Positions 41,000 to 50,852 of a DNA stretch of 64,000 nt are shown here, piece after piece. The DNA is from a candidate division WOR-3 bacterium (GTDB lineage: Bacteria > Hydrothermota > Tepidihabitantia > Tepidihabitantales > Tepidihabitantaceae), in NCBI GenBank assembly GCA_965649295.1, contig CBFGKH010000003.1:190615-254614 (forward strand), read 5' to 3'. Under the pieces are notes generated by a model, which saw only the letters and a program-made list of their open reading frames with translations, was not told the origin of the DNA and searched no databases. The translations under genes and the position numbers were made by a program. Each line of letters opens with the position of its first letter. The first letter of the stretch is position 1.

Positions 41000-42796
41000 A
41001 TGTCTGTTGAGCAAACCAACGGGACCGGGCCTGATGCCCAGTCCACTTCGCAGCCCCCGACCCAGCCGGCCACGCCGTCGATGGCCGACATCTACGCCCA
41101 GTCTTTTCCGACCCTGCGTTCCGGCGAGATTATCACCGGCCGGATAATCAAACGCCTACCCAACGCGGTACTGGTTGATATCGGCCTCAAGGCTGAAGGC
41201 GTACTGCCGCTGACCGAGTTTCGCCGCCCCGAAGAAATCCAGGAAGGCCAGGAAGTAAAGGTCTATCTTGATGCCCTCGAGGACCGCGACGGCTTTCCGG
41301 TCATTTCCAAAAAGAAGGCCGACTTCCAGCTAGCCTGGGAGACGATCAAGCAGAAGTCGGAGAGCGCTGAAGGTGTGCCAGCCACGGTCACCAAGCGTGT
41401 CAAAGGCGGACTACAGGTCGAGGTATTGGGACTGGATGCCTTCCTGCCCGGTTCCCAAGTTGACCTGCGGCCGGTGCCCAATCTTGACGAACTGATTGGC
41501 CGGCAACTCGAGGTCAAGATTCTCTCGGTCAACTGGTACAAGAAGAACATCGTCGTCTCGCGCCGGCTGCTGCTCGAAGAGCGCCAGGAGCAGATTCGCA
41601 AAGAAATCTTCAGCCGGGTTCAGGTCGGTGATGTGATTGATGCGACCGTCAAGACGATTACCGACTTCGGCGCGTTTGTTGACATCGGCGGGATTGACGC
41701 CCTGCTCCACATCTCGGACCTGGCCTGGAACAAGGTCGTCCATCCGAGTGAAGTGGTCAACATCGGCGATGCCCTCAAGGTCAAGGTACTGTCGCTTGAC
41801 CAGCAGACCGGTCGGATTACTGTCGGTCTGAAACAGCTCACCCCCCATCCCTGGGAGAACATCGAACAGCGCTACCCAATCGGCTCGCGCGTTCGGGGCC
41901 GAGTCAGCACCTTGGCAGAATACGGCGCGTTTGTCGAAATCGAGCGCGGCATCGAAGGGTTGGTTCACATCTCCGAGATGTCCTGGACCAAGCAGATTCA
42001 CCATCCATCGCAGATTCTCGAACCCGGCCAGGAGATTGAGACGGTTATCCTCAATATTGACAAGGAAAACCGCCGCATCTCGCTCGGCCTGAAGCAGACG
42101 ATGCCCGACCCCTGGTCGTTGGTTGACGAGAAGTTCCAGGTTGGCCAGCGGGTCACGGGACGGATTCGAGCGCTGAAGGACTTTGGGGCGTTCGTCGAAC
42201 TGGACGAAGGGATTGATGGCCTGATTCACATTGCCGACATCTCCTGGACCAAACGGATCAAACATCCCCGCGAGGAGCTGAAGAAAGGCCAGACCGTCGA
42301 GACCATCATCCTCGGCATTGACAAAGAAAACCGCCGCATCTCGCTCGGCCTGAAGCAGCTGCAAGAGGACCCGTTCTACGCGGTCAGCCGCGAGCTGAAA
42401 GAGGGCGACATCGTCAAGGCTCGGGTGGTTGACCTGCCCAAGCCGGGCGTCGTCGTTGCCCTGCCCCAGGAAATCGAGGGCTTTGTGCCGCTGGCCTATC
42501 TTGCCCGCGGCGGCAAGAAGGCAAAGGAGAACTACCAGATTGGTGAGGAGCTCGAACTGCGGGTGATGCGGGTTGACTCTGAACACCGCCGAATCTACCT
42601 GAGTGAACGCGACCTGGCGACGCCGACGGAACCGACCGTCGAAACCGCTGAGGCCGAACGCGGCGAGCCACGCCGCCGTGGCGGCCGGGACCGCCGTGAC
42701 CGCCGCCGCCTGCGCGATGACATCTACGACGAAGAACAGGAGAGCAGCAAGTTCACGCTTGAAGACCACCTGCGCGAACTCGACGACGAAGAATAG
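41000..42796 (+). CDS. rpsA: 30S ribosomal protein S1
   Basis: Six S1 repeats (FGAFV...GLxHISE/D), AAGGAGG SD. Confidence 0.97.
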   Translation: MSVEQTNGTGPDAQSTSQPPTQPATPSMADIYAQSFPTLRSGEIITGRIIKRLPNAVLVDIGLKAEGVLPLTEFRRPEEIQEGQEVKVYLDALEDRDGFPVISKKKADFQLAWETIKQKSESAEGVPATVTKRVKGGLQVEVLGLDAFLPGSQVDLRPVPNLDELIGRQLEVKILSVNWYKKNIVVSRRLLLEERQEQIRKEIFSRVQVGDVIDATVKTITDFGAFVDIGGIDALLHISDLAWNKVVHPSEVVNIGDALKVKVLSLDQQTGRITVGLKQLTPHPWENIEQRYPIGSRVRGRVSTLAEYGAFVEIERGIEGLVHISEMSWTKQIHHPSQILEPGQEIETVILNIDKENRRISLGLKQTMPDPWSLVDEKFQVGQRVTGRIRALKDFGAFVELDEGIDGLIHIADISWTKRIKHPREELKKGQTVETIILGIDKENRRISLGLKQLQEDPFYAVSRELKEGDIVKARVVDLPKPGVVVALPQEIEGFVPLAYLARGGKKAKENYQIGEELELRVMRVDSEHRRIYLSERDLATPTEPTVETAEAERGEPRRRGGRDRRDRRRLRDDIYDEEQESSKFTLEDHLRELDDEE

Positions 42797-43970
42797 CGAG
42801 CTGCCAACCGCTGCAGTTCTGACTGCCGGTTGCCGACTCAATCAGGCTGAAAGCGACGCCCTGCGGCACCAACTGGTGCAGCAGGGCGTCCGACTGGTTG
42901 GGCCCGGCACCCCAGTCACCACCAGCTACGTCAACACCTGCGCTGTAACCGCTGCTGCCGAGCGGAGCTCAATTGCGTTGCTCCGGCAGGCCCGCCGGCA
43001 CTCAGCGCAGGTCATCGCCCTAGGTTGCCTGGCCGAACTGGCGCCGGCCCGGCTACGAGCGGCCGGTGCCGATATTGTCTGGACCACCCAACAAAAACGG
43101 GCGCTGCTCGATGGCCTGCTGCCCAAGCCAGCTCGCAGTCGTGCCCTAGTCAAAGTGCAGGATGGTTGCACCCGCCGCTGTGCCTACTGCATTGTCTCGA
43201 GCCTACGGGGCCAGCAATGGTCACTGCCTGTGGCCCAGGCAGTCGCGATTTTTCGCAACCTTGCCGACCAGGGCTATCGCGAAATTGTTCTCACCGGGCT
43301 CAACCTTGGCCGCTATGCCGACTCCGGTCTAGGACTGGCCGGACTGGTCCGGGCCCTGCTGGCAGCCGCGCCAGCACCGCGTATTCGGCTGGGCTCGCTC
43401 GAACCGGATACGATTGACGCTGAACTCATCAGCCTGATTGCTGACCCGCGCCTCTGTCCCCATCTCCACCTGCCGCTCCAGTCCGGCGACGATGTGATTC
43501 TTCGCAAAATGCACCGTGCCTACACATCTGCCGACTACCAAGAGCTCGTCCGGCGCCTGCGAAGAGTTCGTCCCGACATCAATATCGGCGCTGATGTTAT
43601 TGTCGGATTCCCCGGTGAGGACGACGCTTCATTCGCCCGCACTGTTGAGTTTCTGGACTGCTCCGGCATCAGCTATCTCCACGTCTTTCGCTTCTCTCCC
43701 CGTCCCGGCCTGAGCTTGACAGACCAGCCGCCACCAGCAGCCGCCGTCCGGAAACGAGTTCACTTGCTCCGGGAGTGGTCCGCGGCCCGCCGCCACCAAT
43801 ACGAGCTTAGCTTCGTTGGAACCGTGCGCCCGGCAATCATCGAACCGCAGCAAAAGGCCCTTACCGACAACTACCTTCGTATTCAAGTCGCAGCCAGTCT
43901 TGCCCCGGGCCAGCTGGTTCCGTTGATGCTCGGCTCAAACAATGGCCGAATCTGGGGTCGTCCAGTTTGA
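42759..43970 (+). CDS. mtaB: MtaB/MiaB-family radical SAM methylthiotransferase (start uncertain)
   Basis: GCRLNQAES, NTCAVT, KVQDGCTRRCAYC, HLPLQSG, IVGFPGE. Confidence 0.8.
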   Translation: MKTTCANSTTKNSELPTAAVLTAGCRLNQAESDALRHQLVQQGVRLVGPGTPVTTSYVNTCAVTAAAERSSIALLRQARRHSAQVIALGCLAELAPARLRAAGADIVWTTQQKRALLDGLLPKPARSRALVKVQDGCTRRCAYCIVSSLRGQQWSLPVAQAVAIFRNLADQGYREIVLTGLNLGRYADSGLGLAGLVRALLAAAPAPRIRLGSLEPDTIDAELISLIADPRLCPHLHLPLQSGDDVILRKMHRAYTSADYQELVRRLRRVRPDINIGADVIVGFPGEDDASFARTVEFLDCSGISYLHVFRFSPRPGLSLTDQPPPAAAVRKRVHLLREWSAARRHQYELSFVGTVRPAIIEPQQKALTDNYLRIQVAASLAPGQLVPLMLGSNNGRIWGRPV

Positions 43971-44062
43971 CAACCCAGCTACCGGCTCTAAGCTGAAGAT
44001 AGCCCACAACCGATGGCCGTATGCTGCCTAACCAGTCGCTCACCTGTCAAGGAGAGAAAGAG

Positions 44063-45013
44063 ATGAGACCAATCGTTTCGCTGCTGCTCGTCACCCTGGC
44101 CGCGCTACCGGCCCTGGGCCGCGACAGCAAAGTCGGTTATGTTAATGTCGAGCGCGTCATCGAGCGTTACGAAGGAGCAATCGAGGCCAAACGCCTGCTC
44201 AATGAGGCCATCGCCAAGTTCGAGGCCACTGCCGATACCCTGCGTTCCGAATACGAACGCATCCGCGCCGAGTACGAATCCCAGCAACTTACCCTCTCCG
44301 AAGAAGGCAAACGTGCCAAGGCCGCCGAAGTTGACGCGGCCAAACGCCGCTACGACAGCTATCTGACCGAAGTCTATTCTACCAATGGCCGAATTGACCA
44401 GAAGAACCGCGAACTGATTGCCCCGATTGTCGAAAAGATTGACTCGGTTGTCTCCCGCCTCGCCGCCAGCGAGGGCTATGACTTAGTACTCGACGCAACC
44501 AAAGCCGGCATCGTCTATAGCGCCGCCGGTCTCGACCTTACCCAGCTCGTGATTGCCGAGCTGAACCGTGAGTACGAACCGGTCGCGCCCACGCCAACAG
44601 CCAAGCTGGTCTATGCCATCATGCCCATCTTCAACAGCAACGACCAGGCGATTGCAGACCGCATTGGCGCCCAGATTCGCCAATTCTGCTACACCCTGAT
44701 TGCGGCTGAACCGAAGACCGACATGGCGGCTAATTCCCGCGTTGACCAGGAACTGGCCAGCCGCGGCTACTCGACCGGTGAGGTTACCCAGCAGCAGGCG
44801 ATTGATGTTGCCCGCGCTCTCAACGCCGACTACGCGGTCTATGGTCGCTGTTCCAAGCAGGACCGCCGTATCAGCTTTGAGCTGACCATTGCCAGTGTCC
44901 GGCTCAGTACCACACTGAAGAGTCAGACCGGTGAGGCGGCCCGAATCGAAGACCTGCAGCAGCAGGTGGCCGAAGTCGTCCGGGTCCTGCTCGCCGCGGT
45001 CGAGAAGCCCTAA
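44063..45013 (+). CDS. OmpH/Skp-like chaperone with an extra C-terminal alpha/beta domain
   Basis: Signal peptide, KVGYVNVERVI, GYDLVLD, DLTQLVI, then about 150 additional aa. Confidence 0.8.
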   Translation: MRPIVSLLLVTLAALPALGRDSKVGYVNVERVIERYEGAIEAKRLLNEAIAKFEATADTLRSEYERIRAEYESQQLTLSEEGKRAKAAEVDAAKRRYDSYLTEVYSTNGRIDQKNRELIAPIVEKIDSVVSRLAASEGYDLVLDATKAGIVYSAAGLDLTQLVIAELNREYEPVAPTPTAKLVYAIMPIFNSNDQAIADRIGAQIRQFCYTLIAAEPKTDMAANSRVDQELASRGYSTGEVTQQQAIDVARALNADYAVYGRCSKQDRRISFELTIASVRLSTTLKSQTGEAARIEDLQQQVAEVVRVLLAAVEKP

Positions 45014-45019
45014 CCCCGA

Positions 45020-45673
45020 TTGGAACCCGGCCCCACTGCCGTCAGTCCGACTGCCCGTATCGCTCCTGGTGTTACGCTGTCGCCGTTTGTCGTCATCGGC
45101 CCGGCCGTGGTCATTGGCCCGGACACAATCGTTGGCCCCAATGTCACGATTCTCGGACGCACCACGATCGGCGCCGAATGTCGAATCGGTCCGGGCAGTG
45201 TCATTGGCTGTGACGGCTTCGGCTACGAACGGCAGGGTGAGGGGTATCGTCTGGCCGAGCACGATGGCGAGCTCATCATTGAGGATGACGTCCACATCGG
45301 TGCTCTTGTCACGATTGCCCGGGCCCGTACCGGCCGCGAGACCCGTATCGGCACCGGCACCCGAATTGACGCCCATGTCCACATCGGCCACAACGTCGTC
45401 ATCGGCCGGCACTGCATCATCACCGGCCAGGTCGGCATCGCCGGCAGTGCCCGGCTTGGCGACCGGGTCATTCTTGCTGGACAGGTCGGGATTCGTGACC
45501 ATGTGACGGTTGGCGACGACAGCATCATCTACGCCAAATCCGCCCTGTTCCGCTCAATACCGCCCGGTTCCCGCTATTCCGGCATCCCGGCCCGACCCCA
45601 CTCGCTTACCACTCGTTTTTGGGCCTGGCTTTGGCAACAGTTCGGACAGCGCAACGATGGGCTACACGATTAG
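45020..45673 (+). CDS. lpxD: LpxD-like hexapeptide acyltransferase, N-terminally short
   Basis: IGCDGFGY, VHIGHNVVIG, GQVGIAGS, YSGIPARP; upstream of lpxC-fabZ-lpxA. Confidence 0.8.
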   Translation: MEPGPTAVSPTARIAPGVTLSPFVVIGPAVVIGPDTIVGPNVTILGRTTIGAECRIGPGSVIGCDGFGYERQGEGYRLAEHDGELIIEDDVHIGALVTIARARTGRETRIGTGTRIDAHVHIGHNVVIGRHCIITGQVGIAGSARLGDRVILAGQVGIRDHVTVGDDSIIYAKSALFRSIPPGSRYSGIPARPHSLTTRFWAWLWQQFGQRNDGLHD

Positions 45674-46427
45674 CCGATCAGTCCGTCTGGGCAGGATGAC
45701 CAATGGCCGAGCAACGTCGGCTTCGATTATCTTCACTCCAACCGCTAACCCTGGCATCACCGTCAACGGCATTCCCGCCACGATTGCCAATGCTTATTGT
45801 CATAACCACTCCACCACGCTCAGACGCGGCCAGCGCTCAGTAGCGATGGTCGAGCATCTGCTCGCTGCCTGTGCTGGCCTGGGCATCACTGGCTTGGCTG
45901 TCCTTTTTGCCGGCAGTCGTCTGCCCCTGCTCGACGGCAGCAGTCTGCCCTATGCCCGGGCACTAGCCCAGGCCGGGCTCGTGCCGATGGCCTCACCGTC
46001 TGGCCGACTGCGACAGCCGGTAACGGTCCGCCGCGGTAATAGCTTTGCCACGGCGATACCAGCCCAGCGCCTGCGCCTGACGGTCACAATTGGACCACCG
46101 GCAGTGCCGGCTAACCAACGCTGTACCGCTACTATCACTCCGGCAACTTTTCTTCGCCGCATTGCGCCAGCCCGCACCTTTGGTCCGCCGACCGGCATTG
46201 ACCATCTTCCTGCCCTACCCTGCCGGTTCCGGCTCCGTAACGGCTTCCTCTTTCCAGCCCGCCAGCGCCTGCCCAATGAACCCTGTCGGCACAAGCTCCT
46301 TGACCTGCTCGGTGACCTCTGGTTGCTTGGCCGACCATTGCTGGCCGACGTCTGCGCGTTCCGCCCGAGTCACGCCCTCAACCTTGCCTTAGTTCGGGCA
46401 GTTAGACCCCACCTGGAGGAAAACTGA
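45657..46427 (+). CDS. lpxC: UDP-3-O-acyl-GlcNAc deacetylase, divergent
   Basis: VEHLLAA, PLLDGSS, IAPARTFG, RHKLLDLLGDL, SHALN. Confidence 0.85.
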   Translation: MGYTISRSVRLGRMTNGRATSASIIFTPTANPGITVNGIPATIANAYCHNHSTTLRRGQRSVAMVEHLLAACAGLGITGLAVLFAGSRLPLLDGSSLPYARALAQAGLVPMASPSGRLRQPVTVRRGNSFATAIPAQRLRLTVTIGPPAVPANQRCTATITPATFLRRIAPARTFGPPTGIDHLPALPCRFRLRNGFLFPARQRLPNEPCRHKLLDLLGDLWLLGRPLLADVCAFRPSHALNLALVRAVRPHLEEN

Positions 46428-46861
46428 TGGATACAATCGTAATGGACCGCGAAAAGATAAAAGAGCTCTTGCCCCACCGCGAGCCGTTTCTCTTTGTTGA
46501 CGCAGTCACCCGTATTGATGGCCGCTCCCTTACTGCCTACCGCGACATTCGACCCGATGAAGTCTGGTTTGCCGGTCACTTTCCTGGTTACCCAGTCCTG
46601 CCCGGCGTGCTAATGGTCGAGGCGATTGCCCAAGCCGGCATCCTGATTGTCCTCATCACCGAAGAAGAACGACGTGGCCGCAAGACCCTCTTTGCCGGTA
46701 TCGAGAATGTCCGGTTTCGACGCCAGGTGCGACCTGGCGAACGGCTGCTCCTTTTTGCCGAAATCCTCTCTGGCCGGTCCGGAGTTTACAAGATTCACGG
46801 CACTGCCCGGGTGGGCGACGAGCTGGCCTGTGACGCTATTGTAACCGGTGCCCTGCGCTGA
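46427..46861 (+). CDS. fabZ: 3-hydroxyacyl-ACP dehydratase
   Basis: LPHREPFLFVD, GHFPGYPVLPGVLMVEAIAQ. Confidence 0.95.
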   Translation: MDTIVMDREKIKELLPHREPFLFVDAVTRIDGRSLTAYRDIRPDEVWFAGHFPGYPVLPGVLMVEAIAQAGILIVLITEEERRGRKTLFAGIENVRFRRQVRPGERLLLFAEILSGRSGVYKIHGTARVGDELACDAIVTGALR

Positions 46862-47603
46862 CCAGCCCTCGGTCGAGCCGACGATTCACCCGACCGCGAT
46901 TATCTCGCCGGCGGCAGTTATTGGCCCGGGCTCAACTGTCGGCCCCTACTGTGTCTTCTCTGACCAAGTGACCACCGGTGCTGGTAACCGTTTCCTCACT
47001 GGTGTCAGCATCGGCGGCCCACCAATGGACCGCCACTACGCTGGCGAAGCTACCGCGGTCATCATCGGCAACGAGAATACTTTCTACGAATACAGCACTG
47101 TCCACCGTTCCACTGGTCATGGCACTGCCACCATCATCGGTGACCGGAACATCGTCATGACCTACGTTCATATTGCCCACAACTGCCGCATCGGTTCCGA
47201 CTGCGTGCTCACGAGCGGGGTGATGCTTGGCGGCCACGTTGTAGTTTACGACCTAGCAACAATCGGCGGTCTCACTGGTGTCCACCAGTTCTGCCGCATC
47301 GGCACATTGGCAATGGTCGGGGCCTGCTCCTATATCAACAAGGACATCCCGCCCTTTCTGCTGGCTGCTGGCAACCCCTGCCGCATACGCGGTATCAATC
47401 ATGTCGGTCTGCGCCGCGCCGGCTTCACTGCTGCCGACATCGCGGCGATTCGTCAGGCCTATCGGCTCATCTACCGTTCCCAGCTCAACCTGACCCAAGC
47501 TTTACATGAGGTTGAAAGGATACCCTGTGCCCGGCTGCAGGTGCTGCTCGACTTTGTCGGTTCGAGCCGCCGCGGCATCGAACTCCGCACCCATCAAGAG
47601 TGA
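46848..47603 (+). CDS. lpxA: Acyl-ACP--UDP-GlcNAc O-acyltransferase
   Basis: IHPTAII, HIAHNC, VHQFCRIG, KDIPPF, GINHVGLRRAGF. Confidence 0.93.
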   Translation: MPCADQPSVEPTIHPTAIISPAAVIGPGSTVGPYCVFSDQVTTGAGNRFLTGVSIGGPPMDRHYAGEATAVIIGNENTFYEYSTVHRSTGHGTATIIGDRNIVMTYVHIAHNCRIGSDCVLTSGVMLGGHVVVYDLATIGGLTGVHQFCRIGTLAMVGACSYINKDIPPFLLAAGNPCRIRGINHVGLRRAGFTAADIAAIRQAYRLIYRSQLNLTQALHEVERIPCARLQVLLDFVGSSRRGIELRTHQE

Positions 47604-48922
47604 ACTACCGGCAGGCGGTCCGCTTTCTCGATTCACTTGTCAACTACGAGAAACAGGCTCGGCCGCGCGATGAGTTCAAACTCGACAACATCCGCCGGCT
47701 GCTCGACCGCTGCGGCAACCCGCAACAGCGCTTGCCGCCGACGATTCTTGTTGCCGGCACCAAGGGCAAAGGCTCGGTCTGCTACCAGCTCGAGGCCGCC
47801 CTCCGTGGTTGTGGCCTTGATACCGGCCTCTTTGTCTCACCCCATGTTCTCAGCGTGCGCGAACGGGTCGGCATCAATGGCCGGCCCATCTCCGAGTCGC
47901 TCTTTGCCCGCGCTGTCGAGCGCGTCGCCCCCCACGTCGGTCAACTGCCGGTGTCCTACTTTGAGTTCACCACCGCCATGGCCTTTGACAGTTTTGCCCG
48001 CCTCCGGCCAGACTACTGCATAATCGAAGTCGGCCTTGGCGGCCGACTCGATGCAACCAACCTCTCCGACCCCCAAATCTCGGTCATCACCCGCATCGGT
48101 TACGACCACCTGAACGTACTTGGCCGCACCCTGCCCAAAATCGCCCGCGAAAAAGCTGGTATCATGCGAAAGAACCGTCCAGCCGTTGTCAGCCAGCAGG
48201 AACCTGCGGCCTTACGGTCGCTCGTTACCTGCGCCCAACGCACCGGCGCTCACCTTATTCGGGCTGACGAGACTGTCGCCATTACCGGTCTCCGTCTCAC
48301 TTCGACCGGCTCCCGTTTCCAGGCTCACTGGTCTTACTGCTCACCGTTCAGTCCGGCCCACGCGACCTTCCACCTGCCACTTCTCGGCCGCCACCAAGTC
48401 GAGAACTTCCGAACTGTCCTGACCACGCTCCTGCTGCTGGCCAAATCAGACCGGCGCATCACCATTAGCGGCATCAGACAGGGCCTGCGCTCGGTTCGAA
48501 TTCCTGCCCGCTGCCAGCTTGTATCATGTCGGCCCCTCACCATTGTTGACTCCTGCCACAATCCTGAGTCCGGCGCTGCCCTTGCCGATGCCTTACGTGA
48601 CCACCTGCTCCCCTTTCAACCCTCGGCCCACCGCTCCGGCATCGTGCTTGTTTACGGTTCGCTACGGGGCAAACTTGTCCTGCGCACGGTTCGGCCACTT
48701 GCGCCCCTGGTCCATCAGGCCGTGCTAGTCAAACCTGACTCACCTCGCGCAATGCCGCTCGCACTTCTCAAATCGGCCTTCACCCGGCTTGGTATCACTC
48801 ACACAACCGCTCCTGACCTAACCACTGCCCTCGCCCTTGCCCGCCAGTCGTCACTGCCGATTGTCATCGCCGGTTCCTTCTATTTGGCTGGTGACGCACT
48901 ACGACTACTAGACCAAAACTAG
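47600..48922 (+). CDS. folC: Folylpolyglutamate/dihydrofolate synthase
   Basis: VAGTKGKGS, SPH...RER, EVGLGGRLDATN, DSCHN, AGSFYLAG. Confidence 0.93.
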   Translation: MNYRQAVRFLDSLVNYEKQARPRDEFKLDNIRRLLDRCGNPQQRLPPTILVAGTKGKGSVCYQLEAALRGCGLDTGLFVSPHVLSVRERVGINGRPISESLFARAVERVAPHVGQLPVSYFEFTTAMAFDSFARLRPDYCIIEVGLGGRLDATNLSDPQISVITRIGYDHLNVLGRTLPKIAREKAGIMRKNRPAVVSQQEPAALRSLVTCAQRTGAHLIRADETVAITGLRLTSTGSRFQAHWSYCSPFSPAHATFHLPLLGRHQVENFRTVLTTLLLLAKSDRRITISGIRQGLRSVRIPARCQLVSCRPLTIVDSCHNPESGAALADALRDHLLPFQPSAHRSGIVLVYGSLRGKLVLRTVRPLAPLVHQAVLVKPDSPRAMPLALLKSAFTRLGITHTTAPDLTTALALARQSSLPIVIAGSFYLAGDALRLLDQN

Positions 48923-49098
48923 TCCGCTGCCCGCATACTGTTATACAACAAGAACAATTCCAGCGAGCGGAAAAATACCGACCAGAGACCGACCTAGCCA
49001 GCTCGGTTGTATACTATGAAGTACACAGCCACCGGACGGCTTCGCTGAACCTATCATTTGGCTTCTCAACAAGTTAGCCACCATACTCGTCTTCTGAT

Positions 49099-49126
49099 AC
49101 CCCATCCCCGGGACTGTCCCCGGAGT
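49099..49126. repeat. Dispersed 28-bp intergenic repeat, copy 2
   Basis: Identical to 9354-9381. Confidence 0.9.
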
Positions 49127-49440
49127 CGTCATCCCGATTACCACCGAACCTATCATTGGCACCTACCCTGAGGGAGTTCTCCTCGCCACTCACGGACAAA
49201 CTCGCCACCTAGTCTCCTAACCTCTCAGCTTCTGGGCGTCGAACACGGTTGCGGACTGCACCCCAAGGAACAGAATCCGACCGACCATCACCACTCTCCG
49301 AACCTCTACCTTGGTCTTCGTCTGTCTGGTTCCTTCCCAACACCTGCTGGACACCACTTCGCCACGCGCCCCAGAGACAATACCTGAGCTGCTGCTGACC
49401 GCTCGTTGACTCGTAGCACAACGACTTCTATGATTGGCCG

Positions 49441-50460
49441 ATGAGTAAGACCAGCCCGGTAGTCGCCCGGTACTGGCAGGCTGAGGGTGAGAATGTCCGC
49501 TGCCAACTCTGCCCGAACTTCTGCCTGATTGGCGAGGGCAAGACCGGTCGCTGTCTTGGCCGCCGCAACATCGCCGGCCGACTAATCGCCGAGAACTACG
49601 CCGCTGTCGTCTCCATCGCCGTTGACCCGATCGAAAAGAAGCCGCTCTACCACTTCCTGCCCGGCACCCAGATACTCTCAATCGCCACCTATGGCTGCAA
49701 CCTCCTCTGCCCGTTCTGCCAAAACGCCGAAATCTCCCAGCGCATTGCTCCGACGCGACCGCTGCCACCGACCGAGCTGCTGGCGCTTGCCCGCAGGCAC
49801 CAAACTCCGGCTGTCGCCTTCACCTACACCGAGCCACTCTGCTGGTTCGAATACCTTCTTGACGCCTGCCGCCTGCTCCGGGCCGAGGGTATCAAGACCG
49901 TGCTGGTGACCAACGGCATGATCAATCCCGAGCCGTTGGCCGAGCTGCTGCCGCTCGTCAGCGCGATGAATATTGACCTAAAGTCAATTCGACCTGAGTT
50001 CTACCGTGACTATGTCAAGGGTGACCTTGCGGCTGTGCTGGCAACCATCCAGGCCAGTTACCGCCGCTGCCATGTCGAGCTAACCAATCTGCTGATACCC
50101 GGCCGCAACGACTCCACCGCCGACATCAGCGCGCTGGTTGACTTCGTCGCCGGCCTCGACCGCCGAACCGTCCTTCATTTCTCGCGCTACTTTCCCCGCC
50201 ACCGTGCTACCGAACCGCCGACCCCAGCGAGTACCCTCGAACAGGCCGCTGCCATCGCCCGCAAGAAACTCGACTATGTCTATCTCGGCAATGTCGTCGC
50301 CACGCCCCGCGATCGTGACAGCTACTGCCCGCACTGCGGCAACTGGCTAGTTGACCGCTCTGCCTACTCTGGCCTGATTGTCGGCATCAACCTGCCCCGG
50401 CCGCACCAACCGCCCCGCTGCGCCCGGTGTGGCCAGCCTGCCGACTTCATCCTCAGTTAG
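49441..50460 (+). CDS. amrS: AmmeMemoRadiSam radical SAM enzyme
   Basis: CQLCPNFC, DPIEKKPLYHF, GCNLLCPFCQN, FTYTEP. Upstream TTGACT-17-TATGAT-6 nt-ATG. Confidence 0.9.
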   Translation: MSKTSPVVARYWQAEGENVRCQLCPNFCLIGEGKTGRCLGRRNIAGRLIAENYAAVVSIAVDPIEKKPLYHFLPGTQILSIATYGCNLLCPFCQNAEISQRIAPTRPLPPTELLALARRHQTPAVAFTYTEPLCWFEYLLDACRLLRAEGIKTVLVTNGMINPEPLAELLPLVSAMNIDLKSIRPEFYRDYVKGDLAAVLATIQASYRRCHVELTNLLIPGRNDSTADISALVDFVAGLDRRTVLHFSRYFPRHRATEPPTPASTLEQAAAIARKKLDYVYLGNVVATPRDRDSYCPHCGNWLVDRSAYSGLIVGINLPRPHQPPRCARCGQPADFILS

Positions 50461-50508
50461 CCACTGACCAGGCTTGATTGCCGCCCGTAGCTGCGTAGTA
50501 TTCGAGCG

Positions 50509-50793
50509 ATGCCAATGAACCAGCGTGTCCGGGCTGGCGGCCGTTCAGTCGGCCTGCTTGTGCTAGCAGTCTTGGTTGCCGGCATATTGGGCAGCGTCAT
50601 CTCCCACTTCGTGGCTGGAGCATTTCCGGACGGCCCGGTTCGCGACTTCTTCTTCAAGTCGCTCTCCGTCGGCATACCGACCTTGACCGTCAACCTCGGT
50701 TTTGCCTCTTTCACCTTTGGCCTGTCGCTTTCGGTGACGACTGCGGCAATTCTGCTAGTCATCCTCGCCATTTATCTCTGGTACAAGTTCTAG
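50509..50793 (+). CDS. Small membrane protein (DUF4321-like)
   Basis: Two TM segments around TVNLGFASFTFGLSLSV. Confidence 0.75.
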   Translation: MPMNQRVRAGGRSVGLLVLAVLVAGILGSVISHFVAGAFPDGPVRDFFFKSLSVGIPTLTVNLGFASFTFGLSLSVTTAAILLVILAIYLWYKF

Positions 50794-50807
50794 TTACCGC
50801 CTGAAAA

Positions 50808-50835
50808 GGCAGGGCGGGCCAAAGCCCGCCCTGCC
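50808..50835. terminator. Terminator hairpin between convergent genes
   Basis: ggcagggcgggc-caaa-gcccgccctgcc, followed by TTTT on the minus strand. Confidence 0.75.
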
Positions 50836-50852
50836 AACAGCAACTGCAGTTA

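Noticed and set aside
42059..42358. Near-identical DNA repeat inside rpsA
   Set aside because: It matches the normal S1 domain repeat (DKENRRISLGLKQ).
41411..42841. 476-aa antisense ORF over rpsA, and similar shadow ORFs elsewhere
   Set aside because: Expected from GC-rich codon bias opposite a conserved gene; no recognisable motifs.
48923..49440. CRISPR array or riboswitch in the 500-bp gap
   Set aside because: No regularly spaced repeats and no aptamer consensus I recognise; only the dispersed repeat was kept.
49441..50460. amrS without adjacent AMMECR1/MEMO1 partners
   Set aside because: The partners may simply lie elsewhere in the genome; their absence from this window is not informative.
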